Part shown: in pieces, positions 12,662-25,964 of the stretch
Layout of the letters: every line of letters begins with the position of its first letter
Position numbering within the stretch: position 1 is the stretch's first letter
NCBI GenBank assembly: GCA_038496445.1
Contig: JALMLS010000363.1
Span: forward strand, 1-64,000
Direction of reading: 5' to 3'
Origin: Trichosphaerium sp. ATCC 40318
Lineage: Eukaryota; Protista; Tubulinea
Length of the DNA stretch: 64,000 nucleotides
The notes under the pieces: generated by a model
The model's input: only the letters and a program-made list of their open reading frames with translations
Database searches by the model: none
What the model was told of the DNA's origin: nothing
Made by a program: the position numbers and the translations under genes

Positions 12662-15082
12662 ATGGAGGAGTGCAACAGACCTAAACTAGGTCCGTACATA
12701 TTGTATGCAGAGCATACGCTAGGCAAAGGTATGTTGCGGTATATACTGCCCCGTTGTAACCAATTTAAACTTTTTTTTTTTATGCCTAAAAAAAACCCCA
12801 TCACGTTTTGTGCGTATGGCCCGCATCTCTCATCTATGATGGTAGGGATGGTTGGAACAGTCAAACTAGGTGTACATGCTAAGAGCAGGACCAAAGTAGC
12901 TATAAAGATAATAGCAAAGGACAGCGTGGCAGACGCAAAGCTCCTTCAAAAGTTAGAGAGAGAAATAGCTGTTATGAAACTACTTCGCCATGGCAATGTT
13001 TTACGACTTTACGACGTATACGAGAGTTCAGCATTCTTGTACGTTTATGCAGTCCTGCATCTTACTTTTGTTTTCGGTAAAAACTGCAACTTCTGCAGGT
13101 CTTTTTTTTTTTGAAAGCTACAAAAACCTTTCCACTTCGCTTTTTAGCGCACGTGATTTTTTTTTTATGAGTTTTTGGCTACCTTTGGCACTTTCACTAT
13201 TTTATTCATGTATTGAAGAGTGTATTGAGAGGCAGTGTATTTGTGAATACGGGCTTTTTTAGTTGATTAAAATTTGCTACTTAGGTTTTTGATTATGGAG
13301 TTTATGGAAGGTGGCGAGTTGTTTAATCACCTCGTTGATACAGGCGTACTGGAAATGGCTCAAGCGCGTAAATACATGCAAGATATACTACAAGGTCTAG
13401 AGTACTGCCATCGGTACCGTATATGTCACAGGTACAACATCGCACTGTAGTGATTTAAAACAACGCACTTTTTTAATTTTTTTAATGACCCCAACTAATG
13501 TCTTTGTTTTAAAAAGAGATCTAAAGCCCGAAAATGTAAGTGTTATTTGGAAGTAGTTACTTTTTTGCCTTTTTATAAAGTGACTCTGTTATTCAGATAT
13601 TGCTTTCTAAGGATAAAAGAACACTAAAACTCGCTGATTTTGGTATGGCTAACCTCATGGGTGACAGCAATCTTTTAAAATCTTCTTGTGGTACTGTTGT
13701 TTGAAACAATCAATAAATTGTGCGCCCTTATAATTTTTTTATAGGCTCACCTCATTATGTCGCGCCTGAGGTATTATTGGGTAAAGGATATAATGGATAT
13801 GCCTCTGATGTATGGTCTTGTGGCGTTATTCTGTTCGCTTTAGTTACGGTACACATTTTAGGCGCCTGCTAAGAAAGTTAATTAAACACAAAACAGACTC
13901 CTGTCTTTTCTTTTTTTGTTTGCTGAACACGTGGTGGAAACGTGAATGAATATCTATGTATACAGTTGTTTGTATCTGTGGTTAAATGTGCTTATAGGGT
14001 AGACTACCTTTTGACGATCCAAACATTCGCGTACTGCTAAACAAGGTGATGGAAGGTTAGTTCCAGAAGCAAGTCGCTCTGTTTTCTAACACAACTGCCC
14101 TTTAGCTCATTTTACGATACCGTCGTTCGTGCCTAATGACTGCAGGGATCTCATAAAACGTATGCTTACTGTAGATCCGGAAAAACGTATCACAATTGCA
14201 GAGATTAAAGTAAGCAAAAAACTAGCGTACCGTTTTTCCCGTATTAATATTTTAAAGGAGCACCCTTGGTTTGCCTCGCATGGCACTAAGTGGGTATCTT
14301 CAGACGATGCAGTACCCCTATCATCTTTACAAGAGCCAATAGATTTATCAGAGTGTAATGAACTTGTACTACAACAGATGGCTACGTTGGGATACCCACG
14401 AGACAAGTACTTATTTACAACGCTTACAGAATCGAAAGAGAATTTTCAAAAAATGTTGTATCACTTGATAGAAAACTGGCAACGGGAATCTTCCGAACAC
14501 GTGCCCAAGATGCCTACTAGATCGCAATCTCCTTTTTCAATAAGTGCTCCATCTATTCCTCTTGGTAGACTAGAGAGACGACGACGTTCTTCCTATGCAC
14601 GTCGTCGCACACGTGATAAAGTATGTAAAACGCTATTTTTGGATCCTTTTTTGTCAATTGTATTCTAACTCTTTTTTTAGACGCCACCTACTAGTCCTTC
14701 GCGGAGCCCTCGAAGTAAGAGGAGGCATAAATCTAGTTCTAGAAATAGAGGGAGAGCAGGATCACTTCCAGAACTATTTGAAGAAACTGAACCAGTGTTG
14801 GTTACAGCACAATTGAAGAAGTACTTACATTTGGGAACACCGATTGGTGATCTTGAACCGCTAAATCAGCAACTATATTTGAACCCAAAACGGTCTTGGT
14901 TCTCTTCTCATATGCGATCTCAGAGCCCAGCAAGATCTAGAGCCTCACCAACAAAGGTTAGAACACGGAGTCCAACCAGACGGTCAAGCGCGGGCACAAG
15001 TCCCAAGCGAACTGATAGCCCAAAACGTAAACGAAAAGGCAAGAGTCTTAGTCGGTTATTCGATAAGTTCAAAGGACGTTGA
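12662..15082 (+). CDS. AMPK-related Ser/Thr kinase, BRSK/SAD-like, with UBA-like segment and RS/SP-rich tail
   Basis: Spliced: '[12 protein letters not shown]', 'VAIKII', '[14 protein letters not shown]', 'HRDLKPEN', 'DFG', '[11 protein letters not shown]', '[17 protein letters not shown]'. Confidence 0.9.
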
Positions 15083-15272
15083 ATGGAAACCTATTGATTA
15101 GTTTTTTTACAACGGCCTGTTTTTGGCCTACCATGTGTACAATAATAATAATAAAAAAACTCATAAAGTATTGCAGCACTTGCAAGTTGCCTTACTTATC
15201 ATCTACCAAACTTAACTTGCCTGAAAAAAAAAACCCTTAAAATCACATTCGGCACAGGCTTCTTGCTCCGCA

Positions 15273-18200
15273 ATGGAGTTTTCGTGGGGCTCCTACGAAG
15301 ATATATACACCAATGTGCGTTTTGTGAAGTTATAGCGGTATTTCTAAAGTTCTACATCCCAAGGCTGATGAATCGCATTTTTCCGGCCTTAGTGTAACAG
15401 TATCGCAAGCGCCTAAATTCTCACAGACTCAACTCGCCGTTGTACGTACTTACTATTTATAACGCCTTAAAAACGCCACTCTATACTTTATTCATTCTAA
15501 ACAATGCGCACGTGATACGAAGCGATATCGTTTAGGTTTTAAAAAATAGTTTATTTATTTTTTTTCTGTCTTCGTTGATTTGTGTTTTCTTAGGAGCGTG
15601 ATTACGAAAAAGCAAAACAGAGCGGAAATACAGACGTATATCCATTATATGTCACGCACTATCTTGAATTTACTGCTGGAAAGTACCCACGTGTACAACT
15701 TGACAATTCAGATGATGCTATAACTGAATTTAAACTGCATCGCAATCATGTCAAGAAAAATACTCGGATTACAAGGTAAACGTTTAAAAAAAGCAAAACA
15801 CAAAAGTACTATTTGTTTGTTTCTGCACGTCTCTCATACGATTTTCAGTGTTCCGCCTGGTGCGATATCTCCGGTAAACCCAAGGAGACGCCACCCAATG
15901 AGACCTGCACGTACACCTTCGTTGGGACACTTGAATGTTCATGGAAATGATCGAGAAGACAGTGACGCACCTCCCGATGCCATAAAGAGTATTTATAAAG
16001 ATATTATGAAAAGGAGAGCAAGACCTCAGAGTCATCTTGTCCAATCTGCACCACAACAAATAGAACCTCCTAAAAAACCTGCTGGTATGAGATTGGCAAC
16101 ATCACAGCAAGTTCAAGAGAGGCCTGTAAAATCATCAGCAGAAAACCCAGTACGTCTTTCTTAGAGAATCAACATGATTTCCTTTTTTTGTTGTTGTCTA
16201 ATTTCGCTGTAGCGACGAGTACCACGCACTGTCGTCAGTGATAAAAACGTGGCAGAAAGGCAGAAACAACAGCAACGCCACGATGTACGACAAGCACCAA
16301 GACAACAACAGCGATCCGCTCCAAACCAGAATAGACCTGCTGAACAAAAAAAAACAGCAGTAAATCAATTAAGGCAAAAATCAAGAGGTGACCGTACAAC
16401 TAGTTGGTACTTATCTGGTGGCAATAAAGCGTAAGTAAAAAAAGCGTGCAGTGACACAATTATGTTGACGTTTGTTTTAGTGATAACTTGATATTTCAAC
16501 GTGTGGCGTACTTCCAAAAACAGGTAAGAGTGTTTGCTTTAAAACTATTTAGCACGTCACTAACCTACTTCATTGTGACAGATGGACGAAGTCACGTCTC
16601 CACCTCCTACCCTAAAGTATGAACAAGATCCTGATAGAAAGCCAACTGTTATCACTGTACCGAGTGATGTGTCTCGCGAAGATGTATGGGGAAATACAAT
16701 AGATGAGATTAAAAACAGGATTGGAGAAGAACCTGCAAAACCTAAGAAACAACCAGTTAAAGTACAACCTATAGATGAGAGAGTAAAGGATACTGTAAAG
16801 AGCGCTCTTACAAAGGCGAAGCGTTATCAAAAACAAACGAGGCGAGTTTCTGTTGGTAGATCATCCTCTAGTGGAAAGGTTAGTTGTTATCACGTTTTAA
16901 AGGTTTTTTTTGACGACTTTAGCAACGTGGGCCTGTTCGAAAGCATGTATTTAATTCCTTTTTCCAAGACTCTACTTCTTCCCCTCCTACTATCCCTGAA
17001 TGGTGTACGTATTACTTGTAGATGGCTAGGTTTTTTATTTGGAAGCTGCAGTTTTTGCGCTAGTGACGTTTCGGCCGTTGTTTATTTATTTTGCCCTGTA
17101 GATTATCGTTGGCAGTTAAAAAGGAAAGGAGTTGGACATGATAGATCTATTGTGCTTGATAGTAGGATTGTTTCTAGTTCTAGACGAGCCATGAGGAACA
17201 GAAAAATGTCAGTTGATGATAAACGCTCTAGAAGTAATTGCGTGACAGTGCCAGTAGCGCAAGGTAACAACAAAATTACTTCTTAACTCATGAAAGGAGT
17301 TTCTTTCTTAACTCACTTTTTTTCAAAAAGGCGCTTTTGGGAGGGATACCAAGACTGATCAAAAATCTTTATCACGTGACTCTGTTTGGTATGATCACGT
17401 GATTTTTTTTGTGTGTTTTTCACTGACCAATGTTCTTTTAGTATCCCTATGGTTTTTGAGTGCTTAAAACTTCAGTTTAAGTTCGGGGAAGTTGAACCAT
17501 TCTTTTGTTCTGTAGCTGCACATGATATAAAGAGCAAAAAAAAATTAAGCGAAGATTTCTGTTTCAATTTCAACTCAAAGTTCAAGTATTTACCAAATCA
17601 CTTGAAAGTACGTACTCCTACATCCAATACAATAAGAAAAGATGACACTAATATACTCTATTAAGCTTTGTAAGTATCAAAAGGGTTTCTTCAGATTACG
17701 TAAAGCGAACCCGAACGCGTATTGGATTCTGCGCGTCCACAGAATTTTTAAAGGTACCTGTTTTATTTCTTATGGCGTGTCTCTTACATTTTGCCATGAT
17801 AGGACATAGAGAATCTCAAAAGGCTGGTATGCAAGATTAATAGTCTAATTTTTAACGCAGTTTTTAACATGATACATTAGCGTATGATACCAAGTACATG
17901 AAACCAGAAAACGTGCGTTGGTGTCAAATAAACAACAAAAACTTTCTCACTTTTTACCACAGACAAAATTAGATGATAAGAAGGAAGTGTTGATAGAAGC
18001 TGCCAAAAACTTTAAAAAGCAACAAGAAGAAGGTATTCAACTCTATCTATACAACAATTGAATAAATAATGAACGTTAAGGACATGGATTGCTTAAAGAG
18101 TTAATGGCATGGAGTGCTATCCCAAGTACGCAAAGAAGCTTCCCGTTACAAAATCTAATTTTTTTCTTCAGTATTCTCAGATGGAAAGATTCTCTCGGAG

Positions 18201-21200
18201 AGTAACGTTGTCTTGTTCAAGGCTACCAATCCTTGTAGCGACCAAGTCATTTATAAGGTCCTTAGTGGAGAACGTTCATGGGAAAACACTGCTCTTAGCC
18301 TCAAAGTACAACACGATTGTTCTTCTTTTTTTTTCTAAGTGGATTTTAGAGCTTGGATCGCGTTCCTGGAAGTTTCAAATACCGAGTTAGACCTGTACGA
18401 AACTCATTGAGTTTGAATCTTGTGGATCAATGCCTTCGCCGTCGTAAAGCTGGAAAAGTGGCTATGTACAAAGAAGTACGCTTAATTAACAAAAAGCATA
18501 GCCTTTAACGAAAATTTTGTAGTTTGTGAAGGAACAAGAAGATTTTACAAGTTTGGATTTACCTAGATTCGAATTAAGCCATGATATGTTTGTGTATCCA
18601 GATGTAGTCAACTTCTTGTATCAGAATGTACACTTTACTCTGAAGGTGAAAGCGGATGACATTGAGCCAGCTGACTCACCAGGATTGAAGGTAAACTGAT
18701 CCTAAAATCAATACAGTTCTAAAAAATATGGATTAGGTCATCTATGACACAAACGCTCAGGAGCTCACCAATGAGTTATTTGGGTGTATAAATGTTCACT
18801 CTAGAAAAAATACTTACTTCTACGATGAGATCAAATTACAGTTACCCGTACTAACATCTAAACATCATTTACTTTGGACTTTCTATGCTGTGGAAAACGA
18901 ATCATTCATAAAGGTATTGCTCGTCCCTTAAACAATATCACGTTTCTTTACTTATTCGCGTATAGAAGTTGGTTGGATACGTTGTATTACCATTAATGAA
19001 GGGTGGAAAGTAAGTTTAACACGTGATATCAAAGTGAAACACTCATTTCTAAAAAAAAATACTTAGGATTGTAAAGAGTGGTGAGTATGGCTATCAAGTA
19101 TCCGAAAAATTGGAAAGAGGATACCTTGCTGAAAGGAAACCATCCATTTCACTAAGTCTCGAGGATGGTATGCATCTTTCGAATAAGATGGCTCATCAAG
19201 GAGCTCAACCTGATTTAACTGGCCTCCAAAAGGTATGACAAAACTAAAACACACTTCCCATACCCGCTCACCTTTTTATAAAAAGGCAAATATGTTCCGC
19301 TTCCGTGTTCTCACTGTATCAAACCTATACCCTGAAGATGAGGAAATATTGGGTCTGTACAGTTATTTCTACAACAACACTGCAAACAAATCAAAAGTAC
19401 CTTAAATATTTTCAGAGACTGTTGGTTTAGTTTTTGTTTTAGGTATTCGAAGCTCTCTGCAAGATCTCTCCAAAACATATTTTCCAACATTATCACGTGA
19501 TCCTACACAATCTATTCAAGCTTATGGATACAACTGAAAAAATCAGAGATGCATGCTTTGCAGGAGTAGTACATACTATAAAAACGTACGATTGGTCTCC
19601 GAACCTCGTTTTTTAATTAGTTGATTTCAAGGGTTGCAATGATAGAGCCTAAAAACTCTCCAGCATTACTTAAAGAGTTTATCGATAATTTCCTATCGTA
19701 CACGAACTATCATGAATTCATTCGAGCATGGCTCAGTATAATAACATGCAAGGTAAAGAAAATTATTTATAAGCTTTTTTAACTATTTTATAGGAAGCAG
19801 TGTTCACCAACTTTGGTTCGTATGAGTTCTTATTTGGTGTTCTATCCAAGGCTATAACTCTTGCTTTATATAATCCTAAAAATGTTGGCGGTACGTTGAT
19901 CATGATATAAGCAATATTGACCTTTACTCAAGGGCGACAAGAGAAGCTACCTAAGAAATTTGAGCGCGATTTCGAAAAACTAACAAACACGCTTCTCGCT
20001 GCAAAATGGCTTTGTACCAAGAGTGCATACAAGATCATGGGTGGTATAGGAACTTTCATAAATACTCTTTTTACAGTATCCGATAGAGGTCACGTGTTTA
20101 AAATGGTAAGCAACTTTTAGATCCAACAATTTCTAACTTTTTTTACCTTTGTTTAGATATACAATATTGTAAAACGTCTTCAACAATTGAAGAACCATTT
20201 GCCTAAATCAATTGATCTCATGTGGGATTTTATTACTAAAATCACGCTTGAAAATCCAAACTATTTGCCTTTGAATGCTCCACTGTCATTAGATATGTCA
20301 CCAATCAACGCAAAGGACGATATCGTAACTGCTTTCAAGTACCAACTACTTTTTTTATTTTTTTTACATTTCTGATTTTTGTTAACTCTACTGTTAAGGA
20401 AACGTCATTTCTTGTCTGGATTATTAGTTAACGAGTTATTTACGACATTCTTTTATGCTGGAGAGAAGTTCAAGGACGTCAGAGCAAAGGTGAGCTTTAA
20501 TTACTTGATTTCAATTTGCTTTAATAAAACGCTAACCACGTGTCAATAAAGGCTGTCAAGTTATTCAGAGATGTACTGTATCAATACTCACACGATGGAA
20601 GCGAAATGTCTGAAGCTTCAGCAAATATGTATTTCCCTTTTATCCTCAAGGTACCCTCCAATAAAAAAGCCAGGATCGATTCTTTCTTCAGTAGTAACCA
20701 CTCTTTAGCTCACTGACTGTAAACGGCGTCTGAAAAAGGTAAGCAATTTAGTGATGATTTTATTGATGCCGTGTTTAATATTGTATTCTAGATTTCCAAT
20801 ACTCAGTCACTGCAGGAGACGATGGACTTGTATATATCGATGTTCTATCTTCTAAACAAGATAAACAAGGACATTTTGACATCTTGGTGGGCCAACGAGT
20901 CAATTGGTACGTAATGACTCCTTGGGACAACATCAACCTAATAGTTTATTTTCAAGCTGGTACTTCTTCAGATGACAAAAGTGTTCGAGGATTGCTATTC
21001 TTAAACACAATTTCTGCTGGTCTTTCAATATTCAAGGTACCTAACAAAGTTATATCTCCAATAACCATAAAATTTAGCCTGGTACCGTGTCTGGACCGTT
21101 GTACAAAGAATTATGTTTGATTATCATCGACACACTCATTGAATTCATTGGACAAATGCAAGACAAGATGATAAACTCAAATGATACCTTGCTACCAGAG

Positions 21201-24200
21201 GTACCCAATCTTTGACAATGTTAGATCTTCGTTAACAATATCAAGTGCTCTAAAATGATGTTTCATATGCTCAACACCTCTATTGAAATAACGTACGATC
21301 ACGCAAACAACACGTGTTTTTAAGTTTTTGTTTTTGACTTTTACAATTAAAGGAACCTTGAGAAAAAGAAGTACGGCGCAGAATTTAGGATGGGTAGTGA
21401 TGGAGATCATCTTAAGGCTATAGTTCTAGCCATTGAGAATATAGCTAACTTATTCCCAAAACGTGTGTTCTTCCAGTACGTATTTCTTTAGTTTGTTAAC
21501 TTAAGGCACTCAGCAAAAAATAAAACTTATGTTAACCTGTATTAGGCTTTCTGTAATCGATAGAGGTGGTTCTGATTTGAGTGAACTATTCACTGATCAA
21601 CTCCTATTCTACTGCTCAGTAATGAGTCCACAGATTAATAGAGTTGCAGCACAACTTATATACAGCTCGTTACATGTACGCCAGCATCATATTACAAATC
21701 CCTTTGTTTCAAAAATTAACAATTTTTTAACTAGATGAACTTCACGCCTATGAAGCTCCAACTCCTTCAATCAGCAACTAGGATGGGATCGAGTATGGAG
21801 GTGAGTATAGTCTTACTTTACTTTTTTGTTGATTGTTCATGATGTAGTCTCGACAACACTTGCTGAAATCGTTTGCTTTGCTTATTGCATTGGAAAAAGA
21901 TGATCAGATGAAGATAAAGCTCAGGCAGCTTTGTGCAAAGCTTGTACTCATTCTTTCCAAATGCCAACAACTCACGGATGGCACACCAAGAGACCACGCC
22001 TCAATCGTACGTCACAACTATAAAGAAAAAGATGACAAACATCTTTAGGTTGACATTCATTACGACATTGCCAATGCCGTTGGGGAATCTCCAACTCTTC
22101 GTGCTAGTTGGTTGTGTAGATTAACTGCACAGCACTCAATGGTATAACTGAATTTTATTATTGTGTTTGAGGTGTGATCCAAGGTGTTAATCGGTTTTTT
22201 TTTGTAAAATAGGTTGAAGATTGGGAAGAAGCTGGTATTTGTCAGACACATTATGCTTGTTTAGTTGCCAAGTACTTGGTCGATTGCAAAGGAACACTAG
22301 ATAAACTATTCTACGATAGAATGGTCAAGTTATCTCCTCACGTGTTTGACGAAGAACCACTAGCCGGTGTGACAGAGTCAGGTACTAAAACGCTAATTTT
22401 TTTACCTTGTATTCATTGAATTCAGGGATCAAGAGTGACGAAACTTCAGACACGTGGAGTGTCTATGGATTTTGTAATATCTTAAAGAAGGCTGCTAAGC
22501 TGTTTGAGAAGGTAAGTTAGTTGATTTTATTGTTATTTGTTTCAAGGCTTACTTTTACAAAGAGTCAATGCTATGAGTTTTGTATTGAGATTTATAACTT
22601 GGTTCTTGATGTTCAAGGTACGTCTTAGTGTAATTTTTTCTTTTGTTTAACTAATTATAGTGTCAATGAGAAACTATACTAAAGTCATGGAATGTATAAA
22701 ACATCTTGACGAAGCAGGATCGAAGCTCATGATTGAAGTAAGTTTCTTGATAAACTTTTTTTTTTTTTGACTGTGAACGATTGTAGAGCAAAGGTCAAAA
22801 ACGACGTGGATTCTTCAGGTATGTTACTGATATATTCTTTGTTTATATTTTAAAATTAATATTTGAATAGTTATTACCGTGTTGGTTTCTATGGTAAAGC
22901 TTTTGGAGAGCTTAACGGATCAGAATTTGTTTACAAGGTAATGTCAAAAAAAAAAAAAAGAAAAATCTTGACACTTTGTGTTGTTAATACCCTTGTCTTT
23001 TAGACTCCTGCTAAACGTATAGTTTCCGACTTTAAGAACTATATATTGGTAAGCACATTATTTTTTGAAATACGATAGTGACGATGAGGCTAACGGAGCG
23101 TTTTTTTAGCAAGAGTTCAAACATCTCGGAAAACTTGAGATTATTGGCAACGACAAGCTTGTCACTGACATGAAGCTGGACCCTGAAAAATGCTATTACC
23201 AGGTAGTAGCATTGAGTAAGAAATTCGATGCAGATGATTTACTGAACAGACCAACAATGTTCGAACAAAACTTTGACCTACGTACGCTCAACACAAAGAA
23301 CGAAATAAAAAAAAAATTAACCTTTTTTGATCAACAATAGGCAACTTTATGGTCGAAATACCTTTTACTATGGAAGGTAAAACACATGCAAAAGATATCA
23401 CAAAGCAGTACACAAGAGAGTTTGTTTATACTATAGAAAAGCCATATCCATTTATTTTGAACAGACTTCGTATTGTATCAAGTCATTCGGTACGAGAACA
23501 ACTTTTTTTTTTTGAAGAAAATCTCACTAATGCACGTGTTTTAGAGCGTTATTATCCCAATTAAGAACGCAACAATGATGGTTGAAAGAAGGACTCAACA
23601 CTTGCATGAAGTCATTGTTGCTACGCCTGTTAGTAAGAACGAAGTCCAACAACTTGTTCAGGGATCTGTTGTACCAAGTACGTTAACGTTTAAGCACTGC
23701 GAGAAGAAACTATGTTTGTTTTGGTATGGTATCTTTTTTTTAATTGTTTTCAATTAGTGGTAAATGAAGGGCCGCTAGCGATATGTACAAACTTTTTATC
23801 ACGGGATCAAGTATCGAATTACGATGTGAAGTCTATTATACATCTACGAGACGCTATTGACGAGTTTTTGATGGTACACACCACGTTCAACATCAAAATT
23901 GTTTTTTTTATCTTTTTCAACCCGTTTTGTTTTAAAGCAATCCATGAACTTACAACCTCTTTTCTCTTTATAGGTTTGTGATATGGCAATTAAACTTAAT
24001 GGTAAACTAATGAATGATAACGAAGTTCCACTACATCAAATGTTTGAAACGAATTTCGCCAAACTGAAATCAAGCATCTCAAAAATAAAAGTACCTCTCA
24101 CCTTTCTATATTGATAAAAACACGTGTTTTAACCACTTTTATAGGACTTTCCTCTGGATGAAGTTATTCAAGCGAAAAAGAATGAGACTGATGAAAAGAA

Positions 24201-24562
24201 AAAGTTGGTTGCAAGCCGTCTACAACGCCGTAGAAGCAAGTTGAGACAGGCACGCAAAATATTAGTTTCTCAGTTTTTTCTCATAACCTTAATTAACCTC
24301 TCATAGTTGATGGTAAATGCGTACCAGCTGAATATTACGCCAAATACAGAAGAACCTTCTAATGTAGAAAGAGATCCATCTATAGTCAGGCGAGGATCGA
24401 TTGTACTGCGCAAAAAGCCAGCAGGTAAGTTGCAATATAATTTTGTTTTTCTCCCTTCCTTTCGTTATCAAGGATATAGATTCATTGTTTTTATCTAGGA
24501 CATGGTGCCAAGATACTAGGTCAAGTACTAGAGCAGGCACAGCATCAAAAGTATACTCGTAA
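15273..24562 (+). CDS. DOCK-family (DOCK-C/D, zizimin-like) Rho GEF, many short introns
   Basis: 'EVEPFFCSVA.HD...KKLSEDF.F'; DHR1/C2 'FYDEIKLQLPVLTSKHHLLWTFY'; DHR2 'YYRVGFYGKAFGELNGSEFVYK', 'EIPFTMEGKTH', 'VQGSVVP.VNEGPLAIC'. Exon boundaries in the low-complexity N-terminus are approximate. Confidence 0.88.
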
Positions 24563-24848
24563 TTAAGTGGATTGTATTGTAGAATAAATAAACTCAAAAC
24601 TTCAGCTTTGGCTTTTGTATTGACACACTAGAGGGCCTCCACTAATCTTCAGTAGCACATACTGGAGCATCCGCTTTATTGGTCCAATATTATTGCTGTG
24701 GTTACAATCAGTTCTCGCTACAATCCCCAGTGTATTGAGAATCAGTTTCATAGATAACCTGCTAATTTAGATTACCGCAACAATTTAACGGAGATAGGTC
24801 AATTCTAGCCGAGAATCTCAAAGAATAGATTCGGAAGAATCACGTTTA

Positions 24849-25502
24849 ATGATGGAAACACCTACTGCACCCTCCTACTTAGTGTCTGAAGTTTTTCGAA
24901 CTAACGGTTTGCCATTAACTAAAGAAACAGCCAATTACATAAAAGAACGTATGCAGTGCCTTCTTGAATCCAGTGTGTTGCTCAAGAATAAAATGAACAT
25001 CAATTGTCTTACTTACGAAGAAGGAGCTTTCACAGCACATGGTAACGTTGAAACAGTACCAAAATTAAGTGACATTGTACTGAAGGCAATGTACAATCAA
25101 AATGAGGACTATCTTGACCAGAATTACGCTTGTTTACCTCAAGATTTGGATCAACGATTAAAATCTGCTAAGAGATGTGATAACTGTGGACATAGGCACT
25201 TGAAGTTTTTGGAAGTGATTGGATTTTTGAAATACACGTGTTATATTTACAAACGCCTTGCTTTGTCTATTACACAAAATGAGATTCCTGTTCTATTCTC
25301 GTTTTGTTCTATGTCTTGTGCCAGAAAACTGTTCGAAGATATCAGTATTGATGAAGAACAACAACGTACTGAAGAAGAGTGGTGTGACGCTGACATTGAT
25401 TGGCATAAAAGGCTGATAGACGTTCACAAGAAAGAAATAAACAATGATATTAATGGATGGCATGCTTTTAACTTTACGTATCTACAAAGGAACTGTTGGT
25501 AA
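24849..25502 (+). CDS. Intronless hypothetical protein with BC-box/cullin-box-like and CxxC...CSxxC motif (resembles LRRC58-type C-terminus)
   Basis: 217-aa ORF with 'VPKLSDIVLKAM', 'LPQDLDQRLKSAKRCDNC', 'IPVLFSFCSMSC'. Confidence 0.55.
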   Translation: MMETPTAPSYLVSEVFRTNGLPLTKETANYIKERMQCLLESSVLLKNKMNINCLTYEEGAFTAHGNVETVPKLSDIVLKAMYNQNEDYLDQNYACLPQDLDQRLKSAKRCDNCGHRHLKFLEVIGFLKYTCYIYKRLALSITQNEIPVLFSFCSMSCARKLFEDISIDEEQQRTEEEWCDADIDWHKRLIDVHKKEINNDINGWHAFNFTYLQRNCW

Positions 25503-25964
25503 TCTAGAACATTGCTTAAAACACTTTTTTAACATTAAAAGCTACGGACAACGATTTGTAGTTGCAATCAAATGAGATTTCAAGTTAGCCATTCTTCGTT
25601 TTTTCTACATTTGAATGGATATCTAAATTACTTCCACACACCAGGTGAGGTCGTATTTATCTATAATCCAGGTCCCTCCTACATGTAACTATTGCTCAAA
25701 AAATAACAAAAGGCAACAAAAGTTTTGGGATTGGGTGAAACATTCTGGCGTCCTGTTTCTTCATTTACGCCATCGCCTATCTACAAAATACGCACAAGCA
25801 AGCAGCGTTATAAGATGTACTTAACGTCCAAAAAGTGTTTTGGAGTTATTCTACTTTTTTTGTAATATCACCAGTGGTAACGTAAATTGGGGAAAAGCTA
25901 TACAGCCAATGGAGAAAGAAGCACTATTTTATTTAATTTTGATTTGGTTGTCTTCTTTTTTATT

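Noticed and set aside
24250-24306. Third GC-AG intron, in the DOCK gene
   Set aside because: An in-phase GT donor at about 24265 is equally possible, so it cannot be called.
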